Made by a program: the position numbers and the translations under genes. A model generated the notes under the pieces. That model did no database searches. It worked only from the letters and a program-made list of their open reading frames with translations, and was not told the DNA's origin. A DNA stretch of 64,000 nt from Octopus vulgaris (Eukaryota). Below are positions 1-11,818 of the stretch, piece by piece; position 1 is the stretch's first letter, and the number at the start of each line of letters is the position of its first letter. The stretch covers positions 39,928,001 through 39,992,000 of the forward strand of contig OX597816.1 in the NCBI GenBank assembly GCA_951406725.2. Direction: 5' to 3'.

Positions 1-59
1 AGATGTGTATAAGTTAATTGTCCTAAAAATTCATTTATATAGAGTAGAGACCTAGATAC

Positions 60-830
60 CTTACTGTAAGCCCATCAGTCAACTGAACAGCATTCATATG
101 AAATGGTGTTAGAAAAATATACAAGGCTATGTGAGATGATAGAGCAGAGAATAGCACTATGCTGGAAATGTGTGATAAACCTGGTATGGATGGAAGCACT
201 CCGTCGGTTACAACGACGAGGGTTCCGGTTGATCCGAATCAACGGAACAGCCTGCTCGTGAAATTAACGTGTAAGTGGCTGAGCACTCCACAGACACGTG
301 TACCCTTAACATAGTTCTCGGGGATATTCAGCGTGACATAGAGAGTGACAAGGCCGGCCCTTTGAAATACAGGTACAACAGAAACAGGAAGTAAGAGTGA
401 GAGAAAGTTGTGGTGAAAGAGTACAGCAGGGATCACCACCATCCCCTGCCGGAGCCTCGTGGAGCTTTAGGTGTTTTCGCTCAATAAACACTCACAACGC
501 CCGGTCTGGGAATCGAAACCGCGATCCTATGACCGCGAGTCCGCTGCCCTAACCACTGGGCCATTGCGCCTCCACTAAACCTGGTATAGAAGCTTTCTTA
601 ATCAAGTCTCATATGTGATGGTGTGGGTACATCTCTTGTATGAATAATCAAAACAATTCTTTTCAGGTTAACTTGAAAATTCACAACACAATATAGGCTG
701 GCCATTTCTGTGGTATAAGAATAAATTCAAAGATGATTTGAAACACCTGAATACCAGAAAAGAAAACTTTGGGAATCTTGTGAAAAACCATGCAACTGGA
801 TGAGAGAGTGCTTTTTCTAGCTTCAAGGTT
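60..830 (+). mobile_element. Degenerate RTE-clade LINE 3' remnant interrupted by a SINE
   Basis: Reads PGIEAFLIKSHM*WCGYISCM ... IGWPFLWYKNKFKDDLKHLN, resembling the RTE ORF C-terminus (SIEA.L...LRW.GHV.RM; GRP..RYKD..K.DL). Confidence 0.5.
188..575 (-). mobile_element. tRNA-derived SINE family A, tail type 1
   Basis: Head GGAGGCGCAATGGCCCAGTGGTTAGGGCAGCGGACTCGCG..GTTTCGATTCCC with A/B boxes. 12-bp TSD TAAACCTGGTAT at 176-187 and 576-587. Confidence 0.9.
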
Positions 831-1123
831 TTAAAACTCAAAGGGTACTTCATCAAGATCAGTTATGGGAAAATAAGAAAATAATCAAGCAGAACAACAA
901 TCTTCTTGCAAATTACTACTGTCCGCATTGTGATTTCACATCTAGGTCACATGCTGGTTTAATAAGTCATGTTCATATCCATATTGATCCAAATAATGTA
1001 AATTACTTGTGTAGTGGATGTAATGGTTTCTGTAAATCAGTTGGGTGACCTGAAGACTCACATGAGGAGTCACCAAATAAAATAAATAAATTGTAAACAT
1101 TGGTAAATAATAATAATAATAAT

Positions 1124-1632
1124 AAATGCCCTGATGCAATACCAGGCAGTGGCTCTCATGGCTTCTGATTTTAACTGATTGGAAATATTATCATGTACAT
1201 TGTTTTGTCTTGGTATAAAAGATGGGCTACAACAAATATTCTGCTCAATACCACAGATTTGCTTGTCAGTTGTTTGACCTTAACCAGTTGAGCATGTCCC
1301 TTAGTGGCTGATGATATGTGCATCTCTAATCATGAGCAGAAATAGTGGGGAAGCATCATAGCCCATTTGGAAACATAGGTGGTTCGTTCAACATCCTTAA
1401 ACAATCCCTATTCAGGGACCTTTTGAGTGGGATGGGCTACTCAACCAGAAGAAAATTCTAACTGGGCCCCACCTACAAGGTCATGCGCTGTTTATCTTGA
1501 TATAAGATCAACATGTCATGCACATATGGTTGTGATACTTTTGCTTGGTGTACCCTTATCAGACGACTGTCATGAAGGGTATACTGGGCTTTGTATATTT
1601 TACCCCAGTGTCACTTTGATGGGATGCACTCA
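1124..1632 (+). mobile_element. Family F ~500-bp interspersed repeat in (AAT)n; inverted copy at 51913-52374
   Basis: Two alignable copies with no ORF, both abutting (AAT)n. Class and true orientation are not determined. Confidence 0.7.
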
Positions 1633-1639
1633 ATAATAA

Positions 1640-1675
<36 letters not shown>

Positions 1676-2085
1676 GAAGAAGAAGAAGAAGAATCCTTTC
1701 TACTATAGGCACAAGGCCTGAAATTTGGTGGAGGGGATAGTCAATTACATTGACTCCCAGTACTTGACTGGTACTTAATTTATCAACCTGGAAAGGATGA
1801 AAGACAAAGTTGACCTTGGCGGAATTTGAACTCAGAACGTAAGGATGGATGAAATGCAGCTAAGCATTTTGCCCAGCATGCTAACAATTCTGTTAGCTCA
1901 CCACCTTAATAATAATAATAATAATAATAATGAGTGTATTGTTAATTGCCTCTTTGTGTGCCAATATCATTTTCTGGTAAAACCAGCTTGTTTGTTTTTC
2001 TTTTTCTGCTATTATTACATTATTCATAGTTGGATTTTATCTTCCTCTCACTCATACATCATCTTTGATCGGAGATTCCATCATT

Positions 2086-2140
<55 letters not shown>

Positions 2141-3615
2141 AATCATCATCGTTTAATGTCCGCTTTCCATGCTAGCATGGATTGGATGATTTGACTGAGG
2201 TCTGGCGAACCAGATGGCTGCACCAGGCTCCAATCTTGATCTGGCAGAGTTTCTACAGCTGGATGCCCTTCCTAACGCCAACCATTCCGAGAGTGTAGTG
2301 GGTGACTCCAATCTGATCTAGCAGAGTTTCTACATTGGATGCCCTTCCTAACGCCAACCACTCCGAGAGTGTAGTGGGTGCTTTTATGTGCCATCGGCAC
2401 AAGGGCCAATTAGGTGGTACTAGCAACGGCCACACTCAAATGGTATGTACATTTTTATGACTACTAGAAAACTGCCAGTGTTTATAATAGTTTATACTCC
2501 TGTATTGAGTCCTTAAATTCAGTTAATGTTCATGGTTTTTATCTACTTAAAAACACACATTTTTAAGTATGTGTACATACTCATTTATTTTAACATGTAT
2601 TTTATTTTCAAATTAGATTGAGTTGGATGAGGATGTACCTGAAATATGATTCTATGGCCAGGTGTTCTTCCCCAACAGTGAAAGTGTGTGACCTTAGGAG
2701 TTAGGGTGTTGCACTTATGAGTGTAAGATTGTTGTTTTGATTTCCAAGCTGAGCAATGAGTTGTGTTCTGGAGTAAAACCCTTTATTTCATGTGGTTCCT
2801 GTCTACTCAGCTGCAAATGAGTCGCAGCAATAGCATTCCATTCAAGAGTAGAGTCGTAATCTCAGTCTATAATACATCACAGGAACTTGGTTAAGCCCTG
2901 ATCTTGAGTCCTAGAGCCTATGCAGATCTATGCTCTTTTCCAACCCTTAACTACTTATTCCACAGGTTTCCAAAAGTGCACACTGGTTATAATGTCAACA
3001 AGGCATGTATACAACATTCATTGTTTTACTCAGGGAAGCTATGGGATGTCAACATCCATGCAAATCCCCCCCCACCTCACACACACACACATGTGTATAT
3101 ATATATATATATGATAGAATTCGCTTTGTTTCCATTTACCAAATTCACTCACAGTGCATTGGTCAACCAAAGGCTATAGTAGACAGCACTCACCCAAGAT
3201 GCCAAGCAGAGGGACTGAACTCAAAACCATGTGGTTGAAAAGCACACTTAATCACATGATGATGATCATGATATAAACACACACACACACAGACACGGCT
3301 CTGTAGGTCATCATCACTACCACCACCACCACCACCACCACTTTAATTTCACTTTTCCATGCTCACATGAGTCAGACAGAATTTGTTGAGGTGGATTTTC
3401 TATGGCCAGATGCTCTTCTTCTCACCAACACTAGCCCCAACCATTATTTATTTTCATAGTTGTGCACCAGGTGAAGAGCTAACAGTAAAATCTGATTCTT
3501 CAAAACCCCAGCTACAGCTCTCAATTGAAACTTGTTAAAGAATATTCTTTTCATGATAATGGCACTTGCAAAAACACTTTTAAATCAAGGGCCACAACAA
3601 ACCTAACTTCCATCA

Positions 3616-3958
3616 TTCGGAGACCCCCTTCGGTCATGACACAGACCATGAGATTGCACCTAGAAAGTTACCCTCCTATACACAAGTCCGGGCGAGGTTG
3701 TTTATGGAAGACCAGCAGTCGCCCATGCATATCGGCCTCCCCTCCCCACGCCACCAGTGTTATCCAAAGGAAAGGCAAAGGCCGATACAGCTTGGCACCA
3801 GTGACGTCGCATCTCATTTCTACAGCTGAGTGAACTGGAGCAACGTGAAATAAAGTGCCTTGCTCAAGAACACAACACGCAGCCCGGTCCGGGATTCGAG
3901 CTCACAACCTCACGATCGTAAGCTCGACGCTCTAACCACTGAGCCATGCGCCTTCATA
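3616..3958 (-). mobile_element. tRNA-derived SINE family B
   Basis: Head GAAGGCGCATGGCTCAGTGGTTAGAGCGTCGAGCTTACG.., then a CORE-like CTTGAGCAAGGCACTT. Flanking repeat AACTTCCATCA at 3605 and 3969. Degenerate relatives at ~2680-2820 and ~14405-14540. Confidence 0.85.
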
Positions 3959-4049
3959 TCAATATCACAACTTCCATCAATATCACAAAAAAAAACCCAA
4001 AAAAACTTATCATTTCACAAATCAAGGTAACTCTCTCTCTCTATCCACT

Positions 4050-4345
4050 CAGTCAAAGTCGACTCTCGGTCACTCGTTGGATCAGTGTCCTCCAGTCAGT
4101 TCTATCCTGGGCCGCTTCTTTCAGATTGGCTATGTCCATTCCGGTATCCCTCTTGATGGTGTCAAGCCAGCGGGTTCTTGGTCGGCCCCTTCCTCTCTTG
4201 CCACTGACCATTCCGAGCATGATGTCCTTCTCCAGGGATTTTCTCTGCATAATATGACCGACATATGATAATCTATGCTTGGTGATCCTAGCTTCTAGCG
4301 ACATTTTGGGCCTTATCTGCTTAAGAACTTCTCCATTGGTGATAC
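4050..4345 (-). mobile_element. RTE (BovB-like) LINE 3' fragment
   Basis: ITNGEVLKQI..RLSYVGHIMQRKSLEKDIMLGMVSGKRGRGRPRTRWLDTIK..AAQDRTDWR, the canonical RTE C-terminus. Confidence 0.85.
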
Positions 4346-4515
4346 CAAGGACTGCGCAAACTACCGTACCATCACCCCAGGTAACAGGAGCAGAAAATAT
4401 GTCAACCTCGATCAACTGTCAACCCTCAAAAAAACTTATGTGCTCAGAATTAGAGAACAATATTTGAATATCAGGGTACAGTGTAACCGCTACACATACG
4501 AATATTATAAATATA

Positions 4516-4919
4516 TAGGCATAGGAGTGACTGTGTGGTAAGTAGCTTGCTTATGAACCACATGGTTCCGGGTTCAGTCCCACTGCATGGCACCTTGGGC
4601 AAGTGTCTTCAACTATAGCCTCGGGCCAACCAAAGCCTTGTGAGTGGATTTGGTAGATGGAAACTGAAAGAAGCCCGTCGTGTATATGTATATATATATG
4701 TGAGTGTGTGTGTGTCTGTGTTTGTCCCCCCCCCCCCACCAAAATCGCTTGACAACCAATGCTGGTGTGTTTACGTCCCCGTAACTTAGCGGTTCGGCAA
4801 AAGGGACCGACAGAATAATTACCAGGTTTACAAAGAATAAGTCCTGGGGTCGATTTGCTTGACTAAAGGCGGTGCTCCAGCATGGCCACAGGCAAATGAC
4901 TGAAACAAGTAAAAGAGTA
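4516..4919 (+). mobile_element. SINE family C (most abundant; about 20 copies or fragments in the window)
   Basis: Pol III-like boxes TGGCTGTGTGG / GGTTCAGTCCC, CORE-like CCTTGGGCAAGTGTCTT, internal (TA)n(TG)n, 3' tail GAAACAAGTAAAAGAGTA. Confidence 0.9.
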
Positions 4920-5843
4920 TATCATACCTTACTCTGGTAGAGACTAGCCAGCTGATTCTTTCATCAACAGATTATAAATATTGGCTCATAAATAAGCTCT
5001 ATCTTCTCCCTCTTCTTCTTTTACCACTACTACAGTGGCTTCTGTTTGTACAAACCAGAATGCTGCATGCTACCCTAACCTAAATTTAGTACAAGACAGC
5101 TATCTGTCTTCTCACAATTTTGGTGATCCATAAATATAAAGACCTACGTTCACTAAACAGCAGCAATTAGTATTGTTCTATTTGGCAGCTGGCCACCTAG
5201 GGCTAAACAACGGTTAGTGTTTATTTTTTTTAACTAATTCAGAGACAAAAGCTACATTTACATAAAAAGAAAAAAAAAAAGAATGAACAACACAAAAACA
5301 TTACAAAGGCAATAATAATTAAACACACACATACCAACCCACCCACAGGAACTGTTTCTTTTGCTATGTTAATTTTTGCATAAAAGATCAAATTATCGAG
5401 AGAACCCCTCCCCCAGAATTACTTCTCTAAGGAAACAAAGAAAAAGAAAAAAAAGGCAAGGGAACTAAGCAGCAACGGAAGTGGGGGATGAGGGAGTAAT
5501 AGGTTATACACCCCAATTGTCTTGCCGTGGAAAATGGCCAGCGATACTCGCTACAACAGCCACCCCACCTCGCACGGCTCGTTTTGCACACGGGTCGCAG
5601 GTGTGCCGATTTAGCGGAGGAAATCAGCAGTGCGGGGCCACCAAAAAACACCCGAGGTCTCAACGGCGACCAGCACTGACTGATAGCGGCCGGTCAGGCA
5701 CCTGTATTTGTTTATCTTTCTCTCCTCTGCGTTACGGGCGGTGATACCTGGGTTTGGGGCTGATGCAGCAAGTTTGGAGCTGATTATAGTTTGTTGTTCG
5801 TTTTACATAGATCTTGCCTCTCGTCAAATTCGATAAATATATA

Positions 5844-6992
5844 TTATAGAAATTGGCTGCCGATTCTTCGCGGGGTTTTTTCTCTTCCCTTCTATCCCCC
5901 TCTTGTTACATTGTCGTCTGTCTGGACTCCTCTCTTCCTACCACCCGCCATGGCTATGCATACTTAAGCTAGTAAACTGCCTCATTCTTGATTCCGAATT
6001 CCTTTTGCCAAGTCTGTCCGTAAACGAAGTGATCTCAAGATAAGAAATCTTTGAACTTTAATTCATCCGTATCTCTATTTATTATTATTATTTATTAATT
6101 ATTATTATTCTGATCCCCCTAGTCGCCACTCTGTTTACTATTTCAGCCTCGCCTCGTTTTGCATATTCTGTATAATTCACTAGTTATCGTTATAGATATT
6201 TTAAGATCTATCTCCCTTATAGAAATTGGCTGCCGATTCTTCGCGGGGTTTTTTCTCTTCCCTTCTCTCCCCCTCTTGTTACATTGTCGTCTGTCTGGAC
6301 TCCTCTCTTCCTACCACCCGCCATGGCTATGCATACTTAAGCTAGTAAACTGCCTCATTCTTGATTCCGAATTCCTTTTGCCAAGTCTGTCCGTAAACGA
6401 AGTGATCTCAAGATAAGAAATCTTTGAACTTTAATTCATCCGTATCTCTATTTATTATTATTATTTATTAATTATTATTATTCTGATCCCCCTAGTCGCC
6501 ACTCTGTTTACTATTTCAGCCTCGCCTCGTTTTGCATATTCTGTATAATTCACTAGTTATCGTTATAGATATTTTAAGATCTATCTCCCTTATAGAAATT
6601 GGCTGCCGATTCTTCGTGGGGTTTTTTCTCTTCCCTTCTATCCCCCTCTTGTTACATTGTCGTCTGTCTGGACTCCTCTCTTCCTACCACCCGCCATGGC
6701 TATGCATACTTAAGCTAGTAAACTGCCTCATTCTTGATTCCGAATTCCTTTTGCCAAGTCTGTCCGTAAACGAAGTGATCTCAAGATAAGAAATCTTTGA
6801 ACTTTAATTCATCCGTATCTCTATTTATTATTATTATTTATTAATTATTATTATTCTGATCCCCCTAGTCGCCACTCTGTTTACTATTTCAGCCTCGCCT
6901 CGTTTTGCATATTCTGTATAATTCACTAGTTATCGTTATAGATATTTTAAGATCTATCTCCCTTATAGAAATTGGCTGCCGATTCTTCGCGG
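5844..6992. repeat. Tandem repeat, 373-bp unit, 3.1 copies
   Basis: Units start at 5844, 6217, 6590 and 6963 and differ by only 1-2 substitutions. Confidence 0.95.
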
Positions 6993-7070
6993 CGCGCCCG
7001 CCCTACCCACCCCCACCACCAATACTGGATATCTCTATTTTGCTCCAACTATACCGGATGTCGTTTTCTC

Positions 7071-7714
7071 CCACCACCATTATAGGTGTCTACTCTTTGA
7101 ACCCCCTCTTCAATACGCTATTTCACCATGCATTACCCCTCTCTCGATATCCTACGTTCTACTTGCCTAGAACCTGTCCTCTGAACCACCCCTCCCACTG
7201 GTGCTCCCCTATATTTCTGCACCCCCCACCACCATTATAGGTGTCTACTCTTTGAACCCCCTCTTCAATACGCTATTCACCATGCATTACCCCTCTCTCG
7301 ATATCCTACGTTCTACTTGCCTAGAACCTGTCCTCTGAACCACCCCTCCCACTGGTGCCCACCCCTCCCACTGGTGCTCCCCTATATTTCTGCACCCCCC
7401 ACCACCATAATAGGTGTCTACTCTTTGAACCCCCCTCTTCAATACGCTATTTCACCATGCATTACCCCTCTCTCGATATCCTACGTTCTACTTGCCTAGA
7501 ACCTGTCCCCTGAACCACCCCTCCCACTGGTGCTCCCCTATATTTCTGCACCCCCCACCACCATTATAGGTGTCTACTCTTTGAACCCCCCTCTTCAATA
7601 CGCTATTTCACCATGCATTACCCCTCTCTCGATATCCTACGTTCTACTTGACTAGTACCTGTCCTCTGAACCACCCCTCCCACTGGTGCTCCCCTATATT
7701 TCTGCACCCCCCCC
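7071..7714. repeat. Tandem repeat, ~156-bp unit, 4 copies
   Basis: Units start at 7071, 7226, 7399 and 7555; one contains a short internal duplication. Confidence 0.95.
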
Positions 7715-8071
7715 ATAAAAAGCACCATCCGAACGTGGCCGATGCCAGACCCCTCTGGCACCTGTGCAGGTGGCACGTAAAAAACACCCACTACACTCGC
7801 GGAGTGGTTGGCGTTAGGAAGGGCATCCAGCTGTAGAAACACTGCCAGACTAGACTGGAGCCTGGGGCAGTCCCGAGCTCCCCAGACCCCGGTCGAAACC
7901 GTCCAACCCGTGCTAGCGCGGAAAACGGACGTTAAACGATGATGATGATGATGATGATGATGATGATATATATAACGGGAAGGTTTACGAAAATAAACAA
8001 AAGACGAAGGCAGGTGGAGTACAAACAAACAAATGTATTAGTATGGCTCTCAGGAATAGAAATAGAACAAG

Positions 8072-8109
8072 TCTTTTACGTTTCGAGCCTACGCTCTTCG
8101 ACAGAAAGA
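8072..8109 (-). ncRNA. Minimal hammerhead-like motif with variant core CUGUCGA
   Basis: Minus strand UCUUU-CUGUCGA-A-GAGC(GUAG)GCUC-GAAA-CG-UA-AAAGA. All helices are present but A6 is U. Related copies at 47575-47612 (-) and 60553-60591 (+). Confidence 0.55.
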
Positions 8110-8202
8110 TACACAGAAAAGAAACAAGGAGAGAAAAAAATGCGCGTAGGAGCTAGCGGTCCATTATGGTGTTATATATATAAATGAAGCTGATTTGAAA
8201 AT

Positions 8203-8245
8203 CCACCTGAAGATTGTCATTGAGGACATGAAACAATTGTAGTGG
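8203..8245 (+). ncRNA. Type I hammerhead ribozyme motif
   Basis: CCAC-CUGAAGA-U-UGUC(AUUGAG)GACA-U-GAA-ACAAUUGU-A-GUGG. Palindromic stem III, GUA triplet, stem I CCAC/GUGG; U-U mismatch at the base of stem II. Confidence 0.7.
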
Positions 8246-8418
8246 CGGTTTTTTTACTTTTTATTAAAATTTTATGTATTGATTAAGTCTTTCCTTGTTT
8301 GTTTTACAAAATAGTGGTTTTGTCTCTAATTAATATTCCTGCTTCCATTTCCTGAGCGCCTATTAATAATAATACTGTAATTGTTCCATTGTTGTTTTTT
8401 TGTTTTCCCGTTTGGATT

Positions 8419-8449
<31 letters not shown>

Positions 8450-8516
8450 AGAATTTTTTGCGTAATAAGATAAAAAAAACCAAGGCTGTAATAGATATTA
8501 GAGCATTTATGGATAG

Positions 8517-8568
8517 GTCTTACAGCTATTTCGAGGATATTAATTAATAATATCCCTTCATCGGAGAC
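8517..8568 (-). ncRNA. Degenerate type I hammerhead motif
   Basis: Minus strand GUCU-CCGAUGA-AGGGAUAUU(AUUAAUU)AAUAUCCUC-GAAA-UAGCUG-UA-AGAC. Core carries U4C; stem III is near-palindromic. Confidence 0.55.
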
Positions 8569-8767
8569 GATGTGAGAGGAAAAATTAAGTCATAGTTAGT
8601 TTAGATGTGATACTAAATAGAGAGTGATGATCCGGTTCTTGACTGAAAATTAGAGGCTTCGAATGACCCGTCCGTTTTTTGTGTCGTCTATTTGAATGTT
8701 TTGCATTCTTGTCCCATTTTGTATTTTTATATATATTTTTTATACATACATACATACATACATACAT

Positions 8768-8815
<48 letters not shown>

Positions 8816-9029
8816 GAATGTTTGAAAATGCAATTTTAAAGATGTTTATTCACTTGACAGGTTTTACTATTTTACAAAAAGATTGTCAAAAGTAAAACGT
8901 AAAGCTTTGCTGTGTTAAGTATATATATAGCTGTATCTTCTCTCTCTTCTTTTACCACTACTACAATGGTTTTGCATGCCATCTTAACCGAAGTCTATTA
9001 TAAAATAGTATATAGTGTATGTTTGTAAA

Positions 9030-9998
9030 CATCGATCCCAGTGCTCAGCAGTTACATATTTAATCGATCCCGATAGTATAAAAAGGTGAAGTCAAATTCG
9101 GCAGAATTAGAAATCAGAACGTAAGGAGCCGGAAGAAATACTTATTTCTTTACTACCCATAAGGGGCTAAACACAGAGGGGACAAACAAGGACAGACAAA
9201 CGGACTAAGTCGATTATATCGACCCCAGTGCGTAACTGGTCCTTATTTAAGCGACTCCGAAAGGATGAAAGGCAAAGTCGACCTCAGCGGAATTTGAACT
9301 CAGAACGTAACGGCAGACGAAATACCTATTTCTTTACTACCCACAAGGGGCTAAACACAGAGAGGACAAACAAGGACAGACAAACTGATTAAGTCGATTA
9401 TATCGACCCCAGTGCGTAACTGGTACTTATTTAATCGACCCCGAAAGGATGAAAGGCAAAGTCGACCTCGGCGGAATTTGAACTCAGAACGTAACGGCAG
9501 ACGAAATACTTATTTCTTTACTACCCACAAGGGGCTAAACACAGAGAGGACAAACAAGGACAGACAAACGGATTAAGTCGATTACATCGACCCCAGTGTG
9601 TAACTGGTACTTATTTAATCGACCCCGAAAGGATGAAAAGCAAAGTCGACCTCGGCGGAATTTGAACTCAGAACGTAACGGCAGACGAAATACTTATTTC
9701 TTTACTACCCACAAGGGGCTAAACACAGACAGGACAAACAAGGACAGACAAACGGATTAAGTCGATTTCATCGACTCCAGTGTGTAACTGGCCCTTATTT
9801 AATCGACCCCGAAAGGATGAAAGGCAAAGTCGACCTCGGCGGAATTTGAACTCAGAACGTAGCAGCAGACGAAATACCAGTAAGAATTTCGCCCGGCGTG
9901 CTAACGTTTCTGCCAACTCGCCGCCTTAAAAGAGTCAGAAGAAATACTACTAAGCACTTCGTCTCACTCGTTAACGATTCTACCAGCTCACCCGCCTT
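9030..9998 (-). mobile_element. SINE family D multimer: four 184-bp bodies plus a head, within an older D-like copy
   Basis: Units start at ~9142, 9326, 9510 and 9694. Head AGGCGGCGAGTTGGCAGAAACGTTAGC at ~9880-9928; B box GAGTTCAAATTCC; central GCCTTTCATCCTTTCGGGGTCGAT motif. Confidence 0.9.
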
Positions 9999-10401
9999 AA
10001 AAAAAAGTAACGTATTATTACACGCAAATACGTGTATGTATTGTGTGTGTGTGTGTGATTTAATCGCTAACAGACACGTTCTAATGTCTGGATCACAGGC
10101 ATACTGTCCCCTCTTTGTTTATTTGTTACCGTAATAGCTTCTGTTTTTCGGAGCTGGCTGGTCTTGTCCCTCAATCACTCAGGCACCCCTGACACACTTG
10201 TCTCTCCATCTTTCGTCACCCTTGCTACATCCAACCCGGTTCTATACCAACTATTATGCCTAGTAATTTATACCTCGGAACATCAGTCCTCCTTTTCTTG
10301 CAGGCCTAAACTTGCAACCGTTTAAACGGAACATAAATTGTATCAAACTCACTGGCCTCAGACAACGTGTGAAAATCATGAATATATGTAGGTCGTTATC
10401 T

Positions 10402-10599
10402 AGTTTTATTTCAAGATTTCTTGCCAAAAGAGAAAGAGCCGGTTTCTAACCTAGATCACGGCTCCTTCATTGGAATTTCAACATCAGTAGGGTATGTATG
10501 TATGCATGTATTCAGTTTTATTTCAAGATTTCTTGCCAATAGAGAAAGACCCGGTTTCTAACCTAGATCCAGGGTTCCTTCATTGGAATTTCAACATCA
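10402..10599. repeat. Direct duplication of ~85 bp
   Basis: 10402-10486 and 10514-10599. Confidence 0.85.
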
Positions 10600-10994
10600 A
10601 CCGGATATTTTTGTATGTATATATACATGCAGATTTGTATGTATGTATGTATGTATGTTAATATGTTTTGTTTTATGTTTGTGTTTTCATGCATATAGCT
10701 GCATATACTTAAATGATAAACTTTTGGAAAGTTTTATAGATTTTTATAGTTCCGGTGGATCTGTAGTCTTTGAATTAGCTTTCTCCTTTCTGGTTTTGAG
10801 AACTCTAATTTCTCAAAATTGGTATCTAGGCAGTGTGTTACATATCCTAGTGCTCCAATAATTACAAGTATAAACCTGAACTTGTAATCTGTATGTATGT
10901 GTGTATGTATGTATGTATGTATGTATGTATGTATGTATGTATGTATGTATGTATGTATGTATGTATGTATGATGTATGTATGTATGTATGTATG

Positions 10995-11378
10995 GGATCT
11001 TTACCTTTTGACCGACAGATTTAAAAAATAATTTTTTGTAACTAAACACTTTCAAACTTCGTATACTGGTAGAATGTGTCACATAAAACATCTTTTACTC
11101 TTGGCGTTGTTGAGAAAATTCTGTATTTTGGAAGTTAAATTCTTATTGACAAACAACAGCAGTAATTTTATTCAGCTGAATACACGTTTTTGATTGGTTG
11201 AAATTACCGAAATACGACAACTGTAACAAGAAATAACTTCCAAAATACAGAATTTTTTCAACAACGCCAAGAGTAAAAGATGTTTTATGTGACACATTCT
11301 ACCAGTATACGAAGTTTGAAAGTGTTTAGTTACAAAAAAAATTTTTTTTTAATCTGTCGGTCAAAAGGTAAAGATCCT
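10995..11378. mobile_element. MITE with ~140-bp near-perfect TIRs; a solo diverged arm lies at 13020-13167
   Basis: 10995-11137 is the reverse complement of 11234-11378 (GGATCTTTACC..GGTAAAGATCC). Confidence 0.8.
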
Positions 11379-11639
11379 AAAATCTCAGTCATGACGGATC
11401 AAAAGCCAATATATCGGATTTTCCATCATTACAGCAGTGTTTCCCGAAGGATGTTTCGTGAGATAAGGTATCTTTCAGTCAAATGTAATAAAAAATTTAT
11501 CAAATAAAAGAAAACATATCCATTACTTTTAATTGATGAATAAATTTTATCTCTAAAATAGTTCTAGTTTCATTTAATGTCTTTATAAAATAGTCGTAAA
11601 TCTGCCATTTTGAGAAAATCGTACAAGGGTTCCTCGTCG

Positions 11640-11783
11640 TGACTGTGTGGTAAGTAGATTGCTTACCAGCCACATGGTTCCGTGGCACCTTGGACAAGTG
11701 TCTTCTACTATAGCCTCGGGCCGACCAAAGCCTTGTGAGTGGATTTGGTAGACGGAAGCTGAAAGAAGCCCATCGTATATATG

Positions 11784-11818
<35 letters not shown>

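Noticed and set aside
495-575. tRNA-like sequences in the heads of families A, B, C and D
   Set aside because: A/B boxes are present, but each continues into a repeated body, often with TSDs, and I see no complete acceptor stem. These are SINE heads, not tRNA genes.
1300-1350. CTGATGA...GAAA in family F; similar cores at 34884, 35559 and 24719
   Set aside because: Stem I and/or stem II cannot form, so these were not called as hammerheads.
9142-9880. Regular arrays (184, 373 and 156 bp) as CRISPR candidates
   Set aside because: Units repeat in full with no unique spacers, there are no cas genes, and the context is eukaryotic.
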